Origin: an uncultured Planctomycetales bacterium | GTDB taxonomy: Bacteria; Omnitrophota; Gorgyraeia; Zapsychrales; JANLHA01 | Length of the DNA: 64,000 nt | Direction: 5' to 3' | Assembly (NCBI GenBank): GCA_964374105.1 | Contig: CAYJXI010000001.1 | Span: 135,743 to 199,742, forward strand | Shown: piece after piece, positions 60,001-63,000 of the stretch | Position numbering within the stretch: the stretch's first letter is position 1 | Layout of the letters: each line of letters opens with the position of its first letter | Notes under the pieces: model-generated | The model's database searches: none | Seen by the model: only the letters and a program-made list of their open reading frames with translations | Told to the model about the DNA's origin: nothing | Made by a program: the position numbers and the translations under genes

Positions 60001-63000
60001 TGTTTAATGCCATGCATGCCAGAAGCGGATTCACTAGTCCCGATGAATTGGATGTGCAATCAAATATTCCTGGCCTGAAATTTATCTTGAAGGCTATCCA
60101 GCAAGGGATTGATGATCCCGCCATCGAGGAATCATTCAGGCCCAAAATCATCCTGAGCCTTAAGTTGGCCTTGGTGTATTATCTTAAGAACTATGCCTCG
60201 TGGCTCGCCCAGACATATCTTGAAATTAAGGAGTATGAGCATGGGGTGTCCTCTGAGCTTAGGATGTCAGATTCGTTAAGGGAACTAAAGGAGTGGATAT
60301 TTAAAAACAAAGAACACATCCTTGCGATTGTGAAAGAAATCAAAGAACTGGAAAAGACAATCGGCTTTTCCTTGGCCTTTGCCGGCTGGGGATGGTTCGG
60401 CTCTTATTATTTTGAGGGACTTGATAAACTCCTTATTTTTGAGGATACAGAGGGACATCCGGTTAGCTTTGCTGAGGTTCTGTTAAATCCCTATGAGAAA
60501 AGACACAGGCTTTGGCTTATTAAATTCTTCTATCCCCAAGTGCAGGGGTTGATTGAGGCATTGCAAAACAAAAAGATCAAGATTCCTGATGATTTACTGA
60601 GATTTATTTTAGCGGATGAGTGGAATCGTAATTATCTTGATGCCATTCAAAAGAAAGATCCCAAGAGATACGAGAAATACATGCAGTCCTTCCATCAAGA
60701 TGAACTGAAAGGTTTACTTCTTAAATTACACGCAAAAGATTTGGATTTAGCCGACCAAATTCCGGATCTCTATCGACTCTTCCTGATGATAGGATTTCCT
60801 TTCCGGATGTTTCTCTTACAGGATTCTCAAGAGTTTTTCGAAGTCTTGATCAAGCGCATTGAAGACATTGAGGAAATAGAATCATTGGCAGAAAAGCCAA
60901 TCTTTAAGATCAAGGACACAGAAAAAGTGCGGGTTTCCGAAGAGTTTGCTAAAGAAGTCTTAATCGCAACCGAAGTTTTGGATTATCCCCAAGCTCGAAT
61001 TTATCCTTATGCGGAGGTGATTTTCGAGGATTACAGGGATGTGAACATTATTATTTACAGTGAACCTAAGGATTATCTTCGTGTCCTTCAATTTATGAAA
61101 GAAGCCTCCACCCACAGGGGTGTTAATGTCTTGTTGATTGAGAAAGGAAGTCTTAAGGAATTCGAGCATCGCGGCAAAAAGTATTTGGCAATCAAATCCG
61201 CAGTAACCTTTAAGTATGGGATTCCCATCTTTGTCAAATTCAAATACTTTACCCAATTGCACGCCATGATTGACCTGACCGATGAATTTGCTTCGAAATT
61301 CCAAGACATAGGTATCCCCATCTTCACGGATCTTGAGACCAAAATTAAGGAGATGATCAAAAAAGCCAAAAGATATAAACATCCCAAACAGGATGAAGAG
61401 TCAGAGGAAGAAAAGAGTGACCCGGCCAGAAGCGATCGGCCGCTTAATGATGAGAAAAGAAGAGATTTAAGAGAACTCCTTAAACAACACCAGCAGGAAA
61501 TCCGTTCCTATTTTAAAAACGAGATTGCGCAAGAGGAAAAACACATCGTTGCCTCAATATTGGAAGAGAAAGGGCATCGTCATTTAGCGGATATTCTCAA
61601 AGGGGCACTTGTCATTAACGCCCCCCCCGGATTACTTAAGGATATCATGGCCTTTGAAAAGAAATATCAAATTAAGATTTATGCCTTGAATACATTCCTT
61701 GATAAACAACATATCATTATTCTTTTTGATATCAGCTTGGAAAATCAAATCGAACCTGCCAAATCCCTGACCCATGAAGCTGTTTCGATCTATTTAAGTC
61801 AGAAGAAAAATATCAAGCCGGAGGAAATTCATACAGAAGCTGAGCACATGGCTTATGAGGTATCCTTAGAGATTCGGTACGTCTTACAGGGACCTCTCTT
61901 GGATGTTGTGGCCCAGGAACTGAAGACCATTAATGAGCAATTATTGAGTCTTTCCAAGGAGGCCCCACCTGAATTGAGACTTAAAAATCCGTTGCATGTG
62001 CTTTCTCCGGGGCTTGGGTTTGGCAAGGTCTTGACGTTTGATCGAAAGACGATTCTTAGCTTCCTTAAGGATTATCTCCATAAAAAGTTTATTAGAACGG
62101 TTGCTTTTGCTAAAAAATTGAGATGGTTGGGTGGATTGATTTTGGTCAGTATTCGCCTATTGTTGATGATTCAAATACTTTTATCATCCAAGAAACGATG
62201 GGAGGTCTTTAAGAACTATGTCAATAATTCGGTGGTTGTTGCTTATGCACTCAATATTTATGAGGTCAATGCATTGATTGATTATGGGGCCAGGTCCTTT
62301 ATCACCCAGCGTGGAAATACGTTAAGCTTTTCCGCCATCTCTGCAGAACGGCGGGATATCCCTTGGGTTATCATGGAACCCGAGGATATTGATACGTTGA
62401 AGGCCGATCAAATCCTCGTGGTTGATAGTCGATTAGGAAAAGTGGTTTCTTTTGAGGAATATGATCTTGAGGCTTCCATTGTTAAACGTTTGAATGAGGC
62501 CACCTCTTTAATCAAAATGGCCGAAACTCCCGAGGAGATTGTTATTATCCGCAATTGGCTGAAATTTGAACTTGCCAAGATTAAAGATATGGCAAAGATG
62601 CGGCAGTTAATTATCCCAGAGACTACCGTTCGGTTGGGAGAAATTTATTTGCGTTCAGAAGCAAAATTAGAATTATTCCGGCGAGAGATCAGCCAACAAC
62701 TTCAGGAAATGATTGAGCGTGTCCGTCAAAGCCATGATGAATATTTGGGGGATGCCTTAAGACTCTTACGCAGAGCCCGCCGTTTGGGAATTGTCAATAG
62801 AGAATTGGAGATGGAAATCGAGAAGATTATCCGGGAAAAAGAGGAGATCCATCGTAGCCAATTTGCCAAACGATATGTTATACCTTTTGATTATAGCGTT
62901 ATGCCGGATTTAGCCAAATGGGTAGGCCAAAGGGCTATCCGTCAGGCCGAATTACAAAAGATCTCATTAAAATATGGGTTTAAGATCGCCAGTGGATTTG

